Source of the DNA: Candidatus Parcubacteria bacterium
GTDB lineage: Bacteria; Patescibacteriota; Minisyncoccia; Phycocordibacterales; UBA918
NCBI GenBank assembly: GCA_046050355.1
Contig: JBJOPW010000002.1
Span: 43,853-107,852 of the forward strand
Length of the DNA: 64,000 nucleotides
Reading direction: 5' to 3'
The position numbers were made by a program, and so were the translations under genes. The notes under the pieces were generated by a model. The model was not told the origin of the DNA. It did no database searches and worked only from the letters and a program-made list of their open reading frames with translations. Shown here one piece after another: positions 34,125 to 43,775 of this stretch. The stretch's first letter is position 1. The number at the start of each line of letters is the position of its first letter.

Positions 34125-34284
34125 GTTGACAGTATAGCACTGCCGTAGGCTGGTGGGTAGCCGGCCCCTAGATTTGGCCTCACCGCCAATAATCTTGTAT
34201 ACTGGAGCTACTAATATTCTTTGGCTTATGATCTAAGTTTCTGCGACATTGATGAGGAGATTACTGATATTTAATTCTTTAAAC

Positions 34285-35553
34285 ATGGAACACTATTCAT
34301 TCATCAAAGCGCAGGATCCGGAATTATATGCCGCTCTTATGGGCGAAGAAGCGCGTGAAGCCCGTGGGGTAGAGCTCATCCCGAGTGAGAACTACGTCTC
34401 ACGAGCGGTACTTGAGGCCAATGGCTCAGTCTTTACAAACAAATACTCAGAAGGGTATCCCGGAAAGCGTTACTACGGCGGACAAGAGTACACTGATATC
34501 GCGGAGACGCTCGCGATTGAACGTGCTAAAGAGCTCTTTAAGGCCAAATATGCGAATGTTCAGCCACTTGGTGGTGCGGCGGCGAATGTCGCGATGTACT
34601 TTGCCCTCATGGAGCCAGGCGACACGGTCCTCGGGATGGATCTCTCACACGGCGGACACCTGACGCACGGACACCCAACCACCGCCATTAACAAAGTCTT
34701 TAACTTTGTCCGGTACAAGATGAAAGACGTTGATACGGGTGAAATTGATTACGAGGAACTCCGTCGAGTCGCCCTTGAGCACAAGCCAAAAATTATCCTC
34801 GCGGGCTTCTCAGCGTACAGTCGTGAGCTTGATTATGAAAAGTTTGTCGCAATTGCGCGGGAAGTGGGAGCGTACACAGTGGCTGATATGGCGCATATTG
34901 CTGGACTCATTGCTGGTGGGGTAGCCAAAAACCCATTTGATTATGGTTTTGATGTGATCACCACTACCACCCACAAGACGCTCCGTGGTCCGCGGGGAGG
35001 CATGATTCTTGTACGTGAGAGCGAAGAGATTGCGAAGAGAATCAACAAAGCGGTCTTCCCGGGGATGCAGGGAGGTCCACATATGCACATCATTGCCGCG
35101 AAAGCGGTGGCCTTTGGTGAAGCCCTCACACCAGCTTTTAAGGTGTATGCTGCCCAGATCCTCAAAAACGCCAAAGCGATGGAAGCGGTCTTCAAAGCGG
35201 AAAACATTCGCCTCCTCTGCGGCGGGACGGACAACCATCTCCTTGTCGCCGACGTATTTGGTAGTCTTGGGGTTACCGGCCAGCAGGCAGAGACGGTCCT
35301 TGATGAGGTGGGTATTACCCTTAACAAAAATATGATTGCGGACGACACCCGTAGTGCGATGGATCCGTCTGGTATCCGCTTTGGGACACCAGCGATGACT
35401 ACCCGTGGGATGAAAGAAGGGGAAGCGACCAAGCTTGCGGAGATCATGATCACCGCCATGCGGGCTAAAGACGATAGTGCGAAGAAAGCAGAACTCCAGA
35501 AAGAGGTACAGGCGCTGTGTGAGGCTTTCCCAGTCCCAGAGAAAATGGTTTAA
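34285..35553 (+). CDS. glyA: Serine hydroxymethyltransferase.
   Basis: VTTTTHKTLRGPRGG PLP-Lys motif and overall SHMT similarity. Terminator at 35566-35603. Confidence 0.9.
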   Translation: MEHYSFIKAQDPELYAALMGEEAREARGVELIPSENYVSRAVLEANGSVFTNKYSEGYPGKRYYGGQEYTDIAETLAIERAKELFKAKYANVQPLGGAAANVAMYFALMEPGDTVLGMDLSHGGHLTHGHPTTAINKVFNFVRYKMKDVDTGEIDYEELRRVALEHKPKIILAGFSAYSRELDYEKFVAIAREVGAYTVADMAHIAGLIAGGVAKNPFDYGFDVITTTTHKTLRGPRGGMILVRESEEIAKRINKAVFPGMQGGPHMHIIAAKAVAFGEALTPAFKVYAAQILKNAKAMEAVFKAENIRLLCGGTDNHLLVADVFGSLGVTGQQAETVLDEVGITLNKNMIADDTRSAMDPSGIRFGTPAMTTRGMKEGEATKLAEIMITAMRAKDDSAKKAELQKEVQALCEAFPVPEKMV

Positions 35554-35748
35554 ATCTAGTTTTGAAAAGCAATCGCCGGTCAATTGGCCGGCGATTGCTT
35601 TTTTATTTCAAATGTGTCATAATACATCTGACGCGGAATTGCAACAACCCGTCATCTGTCCCTGTTGCACACTGCCTATGGCACCGCCCGACCGTCTCCT
35701 TTGCAGGATCGACGTCGGGCGGCTTTTTTCATCTGCTACAATATTGGT

Positions 35749-36840
35749 ATGGACGATGAGCGTGAACCATTTTTTCATCGACTGCGACGCACTATTCGAC
35801 ACCACTGGCTAACACTGGCCTTTGTCTGTGGGTTCATTACCGACTTCCTTCTCCTTAATCGTGTTGACGATGCAATTGATAATGCAATTCTCTCAGCATA
35901 CGTGGTGCTCGCAACTGTTTCACTTTTACTCTTTTATGCGGGGATTGCGCAGCGCTTCGGTTATGTGTGGTCACCGCGGGTACAACGGGGTGCAAGTATG
36001 GTGATGCAGTATGCGTACGGCGGTCTTTTTTCCGGCATGCTCATTTTCTACGGCAAGAGTGGCGCGATTCTTTCGAGTTGGCCGTTCCTGTTTCTCATCA
36101 TCATTGCCATTCTCGGTAATGAGCTAATAAAGAATCGCGGGCAGCAGCTCGTCTTTAATCTCTTTGCCTACTTTGTGGGGCTATTTTCGTTTGCTGTACT
36201 CCAGGTACCGGTCCTCAGTGGACACATGGGGGGATGGGTCTTCTTCGGCTCAGGACTCTTGGCCCTCATTGGTGTTTACATTGTCATTCAACTCCTTACC
36301 TTCATTATTCCAAACTACCTCCTCCTTGAGATGCGGAAGATCGTTTTTATTATTCTCAGTACCTTTGTGATCTTTCAAGGTTTATATCTCACGAACATCA
36401 TTCCGCCGATTCCACTCTCCTTAAAAGAAATAACTATCGCTCAATCAGTTGTAAAAGTGGGGAGTGACTACGAGGTCGTCTATGAACCAGCCCCGTGGTG
36501 GCAGTTCTGGGTCCGAGTACACGAGACCTTTCACCCTGCGACTGGCTCTGTCGCTTGCTTCACCCGCGTCTTTGCTCCGACCAAACTCACTACCGAAATA
36601 GAGCATGTTTGGGAGTACAAAGACCCCAAGACCGGCAAGTGGGTGCATCATTTTAGTTTACCGTTCGCAATTGTGGGTGGGGGAGATAATGGCTACCGGG
36701 GCTTCACCGCTATCTCGAGTTACCAAGATGGTACCTGGCGCTGCCGGGTGACCACGAAGCGGGGGCAAGTTATTGGCCAGCAGGTCTTTACGATTGATTC
36801 GAGTACTAAGCCAACCCGTACCGAGCGGAGGGTTGAATAA
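35749..36840 (+). CDS. Polytopic membrane protein with a C-terminal soluble domain (DUF2914-like architecture).
   Basis: About 7 TM helices followed by a ~130-aa Trp/Tyr-rich C-terminal domain. Preceded by its own hairpin (35650-35726) and a TACAAT box. TTG ORF trimmed to the ATG at 35749. Confidence 0.5.
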   Translation: MDDEREPFFHRLRRTIRHHWLTLAFVCGFITDFLLLNRVDDAIDNAILSAYVVLATVSLLLFYAGIAQRFGYVWSPRVQRGASMVMQYAYGGLFSGMLIFYGKSGAILSSWPFLFLIIIAILGNELIKNRGQQLVFNLFAYFVGLFSFAVLQVPVLSGHMGGWVFFGSGLLALIGVYIVIQLLTFIIPNYLLLEMRKIVFIILSTFVIFQGLYLTNIIPPIPLSLKEITIAQSVVKVGSDYEVVYEPAPWWQFWVRVHETFHPATGSVACFTRVFAPTKLTTEIEHVWEYKDPKTGKWVHHFSLPFAIVGGGDNGYRGFTAISSYQDGTWRCRVTTKRGQVIGQQVFTIDSSTKPTRTERRVE

Positions 36841-36910
36841 ATTATAATAGTGTGGTATGGTTCTTGTCCGCTAACAGGGCGGAAGTACCAAAAAAGAGGG
36901 ACTAACTTTA

Positions 36911-37093
36911 ATGCAAAGCAGTCAAGATACCACCCGAATGCCGCGTCGCATTTCGAACATGATGGCGAATGCTATCGTGGGCTCGGCAAAAGCGTTCAAA
37001 GGGCGCGAAGCCGTTGGACGGGGCGGAAAGCCGTTCAAGAAACCCGGCCAGGTCAAGGTGGTGAAGAAAACCAAAAGGGGACAGATCCAATAA
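36911..37093 (+). CDS. Small, very basic protein (60 aa; Lys/Arg/Gly-rich).
   Basis: AGAGGG Shine-Dalgarno 10 nt upstream. Followed by a long GC hairpin (37104-37130) and a second hairpin plus T6 (37150-37175). Confidence 0.35.
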   Translation: MQSSQDTTRMPRRISNMMANAIVGSAKAFKGREAVGRGGKPFKKPGQVKVVKKTKRGQIQ

Positions 37094-37196
37094 GAGGCAA
37101 GAGCAGGGAGCGGCCAAGCTGGCCCTCCCGACTCATCCATATACGCACGACCGTCCGGTCGGGCGTTTTTTCATTTTTCTGCTATAGTGTGCCCAT

Positions 37197-38876
37197 ATGG
37201 AAGTTGTTATCCGTGCCGCCATCACTGATGTACTCAAGGAACTTGGTCTCCCCGAGGTGGCATTTACCATTGAGCACCCAAAGATGCTTGATCATGGCGA
37301 CTACGCGTGTAACGTGGCGATGGTTTTGGGTAAGCAGGTGGGCCAATCACCGCGCGCTGTGGCGGAGCAAATCCTCGCGAAGCTTCAGGGTCAGATTGAA
37401 TACGTCGAGCGTATCGAGATTGCTGGTCTGGGTTTTTTGAACTTCTACCTCAGTCGCGATTTCTTTTCCGCTGAAGCGGCCCGAGTACTCGAAGAGGGAG
37501 CCGGTTGGGGTGAACATGACACCGAGGTAGACGAGGTAGTGCTGTTTGAGTACACCAGTCCAAACCTGTTTAAGCCACTCCATATTGGTAACCTGGTAGG
37601 GAATATTATTGGCGAATCATTTACCCGACTATTTGAAATGGCCGGGGCTGATGTGCGTCGCCTGAACTATCCGTCTGATATTGGTCTCACGGTGGCGAAG
37701 GGAGTCTGGGGTCTTAAGACTACTGGCAGTGACCCAAGCGATATCACAGCCCTGGGGAATGCCTATCGAGTTGGGAATGATGCGTACGAGAATGACGAGA
37801 CTGCCAAAGCCGAAATCGAAAGCATCAACCGTGCCCTCTATGCCCGCACGGACGAATCCCTCAATGCGCTGCGCGATGCCGGTATCGCGACTTCGCGCCG
37901 CAGTCTCACCGCGCTGTGCGAACTTCTTGGAACACATTTTGATACCGAGATAACGGAAAGCCAAGCGAGTGCTCCTGGTACAGAAATAGTGAAAGCCAAT
38001 ATCGGCACAGTCTTTACTGAGAGCGAGGGCGCGGTAGTGTATCAGGGAGAGAAAGCGGGTCTCCATACCCGTGTCTTTCTCAACTCACAAGGTCTCCCGA
38101 CGTATGAAGCGAAGGATGTTGGACACTTTACCCTCAAGCAGCAGGCCCACCCTGACTGGACGGAGTCTATCATTGTGACCGGCAACGAACAGACCGAATA
38201 TTTCAAAGTCCTCTATGCGGCACTGCGCGAACTGTTTCCCGAGATTGCCGACAAAAATCTCGAACATATCCCAACCGGCTTTTTGACCCTCACGACGGGC
38301 AAGATGTCTTCACGTAAGGGTAATGTCCTCACCGGCGAATCGCTCTTTGCCGAAGTGGCTGAGGCGGCACGCGAACGAGCGCAGGAGAGTCGAGCCGATG
38401 ATATCGAGAAGCTTGCGAATCAAATTGCGGTAGCGGCCATCAAATACCAGATACTAAAATACAGTGTTGGTTCAAATATCGTCTTTGATAAAGAAAAGGC
38501 CCTTTCATTTGAAGGAGACTCCGGTCCGTACCTACAGTATACGTACGCGCGCTGTCTCTCAGTGCTCGAAAAAGCGCGCGGGGTAGAGATCGAGCCACAG
38601 CTCGCACCGGCACCCGAGACACCATACGTCCTTGAACGTATCTTGTACCGGTTCCCGGAGGTGACCGAAGCGGCGCTCCGTGACCGTGCTCCACATACTG
38701 TCGTCACCTATCTCACTGAACTAGCTGGCGAGTTCAACTCGTTTTATGCGCATGAGATAATAGCGGACGCCAGCGATACCTACGCTCCGTACAAGGCGTT
38801 GCTGACGTCCGCTGTCGCAACGACACTGAAGAATGGTCTTTGGGTCCTCGGTATCGAAGCGCCTGAACGACTCTAG
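37197..38876 (+). CDS. argS: Arginyl-tRNA synthetase.
   Basis: N-terminal ArgRS add-1 domain, HIGN (class I HIGH variant) and KMSSRKGN (KMSKS) motifs. TATAGT box just upstream. Confidence 0.9.
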   Translation: MEVVIRAAITDVLKELGLPEVAFTIEHPKMLDHGDYACNVAMVLGKQVGQSPRAVAEQILAKLQGQIEYVERIEIAGLGFLNFYLSRDFFSAEAARVLEEGAGWGEHDTEVDEVVLFEYTSPNLFKPLHIGNLVGNIIGESFTRLFEMAGADVRRLNYPSDIGLTVAKGVWGLKTTGSDPSDITALGNAYRVGNDAYENDETAKAEIESINRALYARTDESLNALRDAGIATSRRSLTALCELLGTHFDTEITESQASAPGTEIVKANIGTVFTESEGAVVYQGEKAGLHTRVFLNSQGLPTYEAKDVGHFTLKQQAHPDWTESIIVTGNEQTEYFKVLYAALRELFPEIADKNLEHIPTGFLTLTTGKMSSRKGNVLTGESLFAEVAEAARERAQESRADDIEKLANQIAVAAIKYQILKYSVGSNIVFDKEKALSFEGDSGPYLQYTYARCLSVLEKARGVEIEPQLAPAPETPYVLERILYRFPEVTEAALRDRAPHTVVTYLTELAGEFNSFYAHEIIADASDTYAPYKALLTSAVATTLKNGLWVLGIEAPERL

Positions 38877-39455
38877 GTTTGCAAAAATAAATAATACTGA
38901 TAGGCTCATGGCAGTCAGTTAAAACAGCGGGGTAGGCATGGGCTGGTGGCAAGAATTGTTCGGGTTTGAGTTCTGGGCCTATCTCGGGTGGCAGTTTTAC
39001 CTCGAGACGCTCATGTGGCAAATCCCAGAGGATGATCCACCCGATGGTGGTATCCCAAACGGGGTCGCGTACGCGGCCCCGTTTTAGCGCTTGACGGTAA
39101 AGATGGCAGGTGTACGATTATGACTTACCGCTTTGCAAGGAGGCAAAAGGCGGTAGTTGCGAAGGGAGGGTAAGACTTTGATTACTACAAGCTTGGTTAT
39201 TGCGGGGCTTATAAGTGTCATCGTGCTGCTGTTGGCTGCGTTTTGGCCAAGAAAAACAAATATGGCAGAAAGCCATATCGAGCAAGGAACTGGGCGGGGT
39301 TAACACCCTGCTCTTTGCTTTATGTGGCCGCTCGCCAAAAGAGAGAATCGTGGTACTATGCCAAGTACCGGCCTGATATGTCGGTGAGTTTAGTTTCGGG
39401 GTTGGACCCCTAAATCATACTCATTACTAATGTCTGATATACATTTTATATTTTT

Positions 39456-42400
39456 ATGTCAAAAATGCATGGTCGTGAAAACGACACCGTAGCGGTTGAA
39501 ACTGCTACACAAAAGAGTGACGTTGCCCTGCGCGAAGAGACTATCCTTGCGTTCTGGCAAGAGCACGATATTTTTAATAAAACCCTAGCGACACCGGCGG
39601 GGGACGCACCAATTGGTGACTATATCTTTTATGATGGTCCACCGTTTGCGACCGGGACACCACACTACGGCCATATCTTAGCAAGTACCATCAAGGACGC
39701 CGTCCCACGCTTTTGGACGATGCGTGGCTACCATGTTCCCCGCAAGTGGGGGTGGGACTGTCATGGGTTGCCGCTCGAGAACCTTATCGAAAAGAAGCTC
39801 GGACTTGCGACCAAGCGTGACATCGAAGACTATGGGGTCAAGAACTTCAATGAAGCCGCACGCGGTACCGTCATGGAGTACGCTGACTACTGGAAGATGG
39901 CCATTCCGCGTATGGGACGCTGGGCTGACATGGAGAACGACTACAAAACCATGGACAGTACCTACACCGAAAGTGTGTGGTGGGTATTCTCTGAACTGTA
40001 CAAAAAAGGTCTTGCGTTTGAGGGTTTCAAGACCATGCATCTCTGTCCACGCTGTGGCACGACCCTGTCTAACTTCGAAGTGAATCAGGGGTACAAAGAT
40101 ATCAAAGACATCGCCGTGACGGTGAAGCTACCACTGCTCGATGACGCCGGGCAGGTGACTGACACCGCACTCCTCGTGTGGACGACGACACCATGGACCC
40201 TCCCAGGGAACTTGGCTGCCGCTATCAATCGCGAGTTTGATTATGTGAAAGTGAAGGTTCTTCCCAAGGTTGATATAGGGCAGCTAAACGGTGAGTATGT
40301 TTCAAAGTCTGAAGAATATGTTGTTTTAGCAAAAGGAATACTAGAAAAATGCTATGCAGAAAAAATGTCCATTCAGACTTTCTATGCTTTTGGCGATCAT
40401 TGGCTTGTGCCAGTTGAAACATTTTCTGGCGACACTCTTATCGGACGCTCGTACCAACCACCATTTCCGTTTATGGCAGGACAGAGTTTTGACCAGACTA
40501 ACGCCTGGAAGATTTGGCATGCCGACTACGTCGAACTCGGTGAGGAGGGAACCGGCGCCGTCCATATCGCGCCTGCCTACGGTGAAGACGACATGCAGCT
40601 CGCTAAGGCCAATAATGTCCCAATTGTCCACCATGTCGATGAGAGTGGTCGGTTCAAAGACTGGGTGACCGGCTTTAACTGCGCCTTAGTAAAGCCAAAA
40701 GATGACGATACGTCTGGCGTTGATCACAAAGATACTGATATTGAAATCTTGAAGTTCCTCCAGGCCGCTGGCAAGATTTTCAAAAAGGAGAATATCACAC
40801 ACAGTTACCCACACTGTTGGCGCTGCGATACACCGCTCCTCAACTACGCGACTACCTCATGGTTCGTAAATGTACCAAAGATCAAAGACGAACTCGTCGC
40901 CGTGAACAACGGTGTCCACTGGGTCCCAGAACATGTTGGTACAAATCGTTTTGGTAAGTGGCTCGAGGGGGCGCGTGACTGGGCTATCTCTCGCCAGCGT
41001 TACTGGGGTGCGCCACTGCCAATTTGGAAGAATCCAACCACTGGTGAAGTGAAAGTGATAGGCTCGCTTAAAGACCTACAAACGTATGTGCGAAAGAGTG
41101 GTAACACCTATACCATCACCCGCCATGCTGAGGCGGAGAGTAATCTCTCTGGGGTTATTGATGCGATTAAGGATGAAGCCAATCATTTGACTGAAACTGG
41201 CAAAGCGCAAGCTAAAGCGACCGCCGAAACATTACGTGTCAAAGGAATCACCCGGATTGTGCATTCGGGTATGACCCGAGCTCGTGAGACAGCGGAATTA
41301 ATTGCCAATGAACTAGGGCTGTCTCAGGCTGTGGTCGTTGCCGATGAACGGTTGCAGGAATTTAAAGTAGGGACTGCTTGGGAGGGTAAGACTTGGGCTG
41401 AGTTTAACTCTCAGTTCGCAACCGAAGAAGAAAAATTTGAGAAGACTTTTGCCGGTGGCGAGAGTCGCTTTGATTTGATCAAACGAGTAGGACAGTGGCT
41501 TTATGAATATGACGCCTCGAACCAAAACGAGCACACACTTGTGATTGGGCACGGTAGCTCACTTTTTGCACTACAAACAGTAGCCCGAGGAGCTGATTAT
41601 GATGAGATGATTACCCTCAAAAAAACTGGGTATCTCAAAAATGCCGAGGTGCGAGATCTGCCCTTTATCCCTATACCCCACAATGACCTCTACCAGCTCG
41701 ACTACCATCGACCATACATCGATGAGATTGAGCTCTACGACACCGATGGTGCGAAGCTTGAGCGCATCAAGGATGTCTTTGATTGTTGGTTCGAGTCGGG
41801 TTCGATGCCATATGCCCAGCATCACTACCTGGGTGAGAACCCAGAGGAGTTTGCCCCGAAGTGTTTCCCAGCCCAGTTTATTGCCGAAGGACTCGATCAG
41901 ACTCGCGGCTGGTTCTACTCACTCATTGTACTCGGTACTGCACTCTTCGGCCGTTCGCCGTATGAGCATGTGATTGTAAATGGTCTCGCCTTGGCTGAAG
42001 ACGGCAAGAAGATGTCAAAGAGTCTCCGCAACTATCCTGATCCGATGGAGCTTGTTGACCGAGTGGGGGCAGACGCTATTCGTTACTACATGATGTCTGC
42101 GCCAATCATTCGGGGTGAAGACCTGAACTTCAGTGAAAAGGAAGTAACTGAACAACAGCGCAAAAATATCGGTCGTTTGCACAATGTACTCGCCATGTAC
42201 GACATGTATGCCGATGGTACTACTGCAAATGCCGCCTCTGCCAACACACTCGATCGTTGGATTGTCTCACGCCTCAATCAGCTGATAGCTGAAGTAACTG
42301 TAGGGTACGAGAGCTACGAGCTCGATAAGGCCACTCGACCAATCGCCGATTTCATTGATGATGTTTCTGTCTGGTATCTACGCCGTTCTCGCGAACGATT

Positions 42401-43061
42401 GAAGAGTGATGATGTGGCAGATAAAGCACTGGCTCTCGGCACCCTCCGCTATATCTTGCGAGAGCTTGCAAAGGTAATGGCACCTGCCATGCCGTTCTAT
42501 GCTGAGTACCTCTACCGTGCAGTCCGAGAGGAGAGTGAGGCAGAAAGTGTCCACCTCACCAAGTGGCCAGAATGTGCAATTGTGGACGAAAGTAGTATTG
42601 ATCTTATGAAGCAAGTACGTGAAGTCGTGACTGCCGCACTTGAAGCGCGCATTAAGTCTGGTATCAAAGTGCGTCAGCCGATTGCCAGTGTCACTGGTCC
42701 AGAGTTGCCAGCCGAGTATCAATCAATTGTGCTTGATGAGCTCAATGCCAAAGCGTATCAAGTAGGGGAAATCATCTCAATTGACACTACCCTCACCCCT
42801 GAACTCATCGCCGAAGGAGCGGTCCGTGAAGTGATGCGCGCCATCCAAGATATGAGAAAGCAGACCGACCTCACCCCTAATGATATTGTCAGTCTCATTA
42901 TTGAGACCGATGCGGCCGGGCAAACGGCGCTTGAAACCCCAGCACTCAAAGCCCTCCTCATGAAGACGGTTAATGCCAAGAGTATTACCTACGCTAGTAC
43001 ATCAGGAACTGAAGTCATTGCTGGCGAGTATCGCTTTGTGGTGAATGTAGTGAATGAGTAG
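39456..43061 (+). CDS. ileS: Isoleucyl-tRNA synthetase with an inserted ~200-aa histidine-phosphatase (PGAM-like) domain.
   Basis: PHYGHILAS (HIGH), WTTTPWTLPGN (editing CP1), HCWRCDTP, WAISRQRYWGAPLP, DCWFESGS, KMSKS. Between the last two core blocks there is a segment with RHAEAE...GHGSS, which are histidine-phosphatase motifs. Confidence 0.9.
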   Translation: MSKMHGRENDTVAVETATQKSDVALREETILAFWQEHDIFNKTLATPAGDAPIGDYIFYDGPPFATGTPHYGHILASTIKDAVPRFWTMRGYHVPRKWGWDCHGLPLENLIEKKLGLATKRDIEDYGVKNFNEAARGTVMEYADYWKMAIPRMGRWADMENDYKTMDSTYTESVWWVFSELYKKGLAFEGFKTMHLCPRCGTTLSNFEVNQGYKDIKDIAVTVKLPLLDDAGQVTDTALLVWTTTPWTLPGNLAAAINREFDYVKVKVLPKVDIGQLNGEYVSKSEEYVVLAKGILEKCYAEKMSIQTFYAFGDHWLVPVETFSGDTLIGRSYQPPFPFMAGQSFDQTNAWKIWHADYVELGEEGTGAVHIAPAYGEDDMQLAKANNVPIVHHVDESGRFKDWVTGFNCALVKPKDDDTSGVDHKDTDIEILKFLQAAGKIFKKENITHSYPHCWRCDTPLLNYATTSWFVNVPKIKDELVAVNNGVHWVPEHVGTNRFGKWLEGARDWAISRQRYWGAPLPIWKNPTTGEVKVIGSLKDLQTYVRKSGNTYTITRHAEAESNLSGVIDAIKDEANHLTETGKAQAKATAETLRVKGITRIVHSGMTRARETAELIANELGLSQAVVVADERLQEFKVGTAWEGKTWAEFNSQFATEEEKFEKTFAGGESRFDLIKRVGQWLYEYDASNQNEHTLVIGHGSSLFALQTVARGADYDEMITLKKTGYLKNAEVRDLPFIPIPHNDLYQLDYHRPYIDEIELYDTDGAKLERIKDVFDCWFESGSMPYAQHHYLGENPEEFAPKCFPAQFIAEGLDQTRGWFYSLIVLGTALFGRSPYEHVIVNGLALAEDGKKMSKSLRNYPDPMELVDRVGADAIRYYMMSAPIIRGEDLNFSEKEVTEQQRKNIGRLHNVLAMYDMYADGTTANAASANTLDRWIVSRLNQLIAEVTVGYESYELDKATRPIADFIDDVSVWYLRRSRERLKSDDVADKALALGTLRYILRELAKVMAPAMPFYAEYLYRAVREESEAESVHLTKWPECAIVDESSIDLMKQVREVVTAALEARIKSGIKVRQPIASVTGPELPAEYQSIVLDELNAKAYQVGEIISIDTTLTPELIAEGAVREVMRAIQDMRKQTDLTPNDIVSLIIETDAAGQTALETPALKALLMKTVNAKSITYASTSGTEVIAGEYRFVVNVVNE

Positions 43062-43105
43062 ACCGAATACTTCATTTAAATGAAGTATGTAGGGTAAGGA
43101 AAAGA

Positions 43106-43146
43106 AAACCGCCCCAGAATCACTGCGTGATTCTGGGGCGGTTTTG
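43106..43146 (+). terminator. Rho-independent terminator after ileS.
   Basis: AAAACCGCCCCAGAATCAC-TGC-GTGATTCTGGGGCGGTTTT. Confidence 0.65.
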
Positions 43147-43173
43147 TGCTGGACGTCAATGGTATAATAGCCA

Positions 43174-43761
43174 ATGATGTCGTACCAGACTTACATTACG
43201 GACGCGGTGGTGGTCGGGAGCTATCACTCCAATACCGCGGACAAATCGTACCTCCTGTTTACCGAGCGCGCCGGCATGCTCTACGCGACTGCTCGCAGTG
43301 TCCGCGAAGAGCGAAGCAAACAGCGCTATGCCTTGCAGGACTTTTCGCATATCACCGTGACCTTGGTCAAAGGCAAAGCGGGCTGGCGCATTGGTAGTGT
43401 TGAATCATACCAAAACTTCTATGCCGATGCGGTCTCACGGTTGGCACGGGGGAGTGTTGTCCGCCTGACAAAAACCCTCCGTCGCTATGTCCAAGGTGAG
43501 GTACCAGACGAAAATCTATACCGTACCTATACCGAAGCACTGGCACTCCTCTCGACTGAGTGTGAAGCGCGTACTGCCTACGAACGCTGTGCTGAAGTCC
43601 GTCTCTTGTCCCATCTTGGGTATGTCGCGAGTGATGCGGTAGTAGCACCACTATTTGAGACATCACTTCATGAACTATCGCCGGCGCTGGTCGGGGAACA
43701 CGAAGCAATATTGGAATTACTCTACCGTGGCGCACAGGCAGTGAGTCATTTGGAACGATAG
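43174..43761 (+). CDS. recO: DNA repair protein RecO (short form).
   Basis: N-terminal OB-fold-like region (ITDAVVVGSYHSNTADKSYLLFTERAGMLYATARSVR) and overall length and charge pattern similar to RecO. Moderate similarity only. Confidence 0.55.
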   Translation: MMSYQTYITDAVVVGSYHSNTADKSYLLFTERAGMLYATARSVREERSKQRYALQDFSHITVTLVKGKAGWRIGSVESYQNFYADAVSRLARGSVVRLTKTLRRYVQGEVPDENLYRTYTEALALLSTECEARTAYERCAEVRLLSHLGYVASDAVVAPLFETSLHELSPALVGEHEAILELLYRGAQAVSHLER

Positions 43762-43775
43762 GGGGTGATATACTG

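Noticed and set aside
36850-37440. 196-aa ORF spanning the spacer and the first 240 nt of argS.
   Set aside because: Out of frame with argS and overlapping its well-supported N-terminus. Odd composition. The region is better explained by a 60-aa basic ORF plus terminators plus the argS promoter.
39300-39455. T-box riboswitch upstream of ileS.
   Set aside because: No T-box consensus (AATTAGGGTGGNACCGCG-like) and no recognisable specifier-loop / antiterminator arrangement. Only a generic hairpin GGTACT..AGTACC.
41060-41680. The extra segment in IleS considered as an intein.
   Set aside because: No Cys/Ser/Thr at an N-extein junction followed by an intein block A, no His-Asn C-terminal junction, and no homing-endonuclease motifs. 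It instead carries RH(A)E and GHG histidine-phosphatase motifs.
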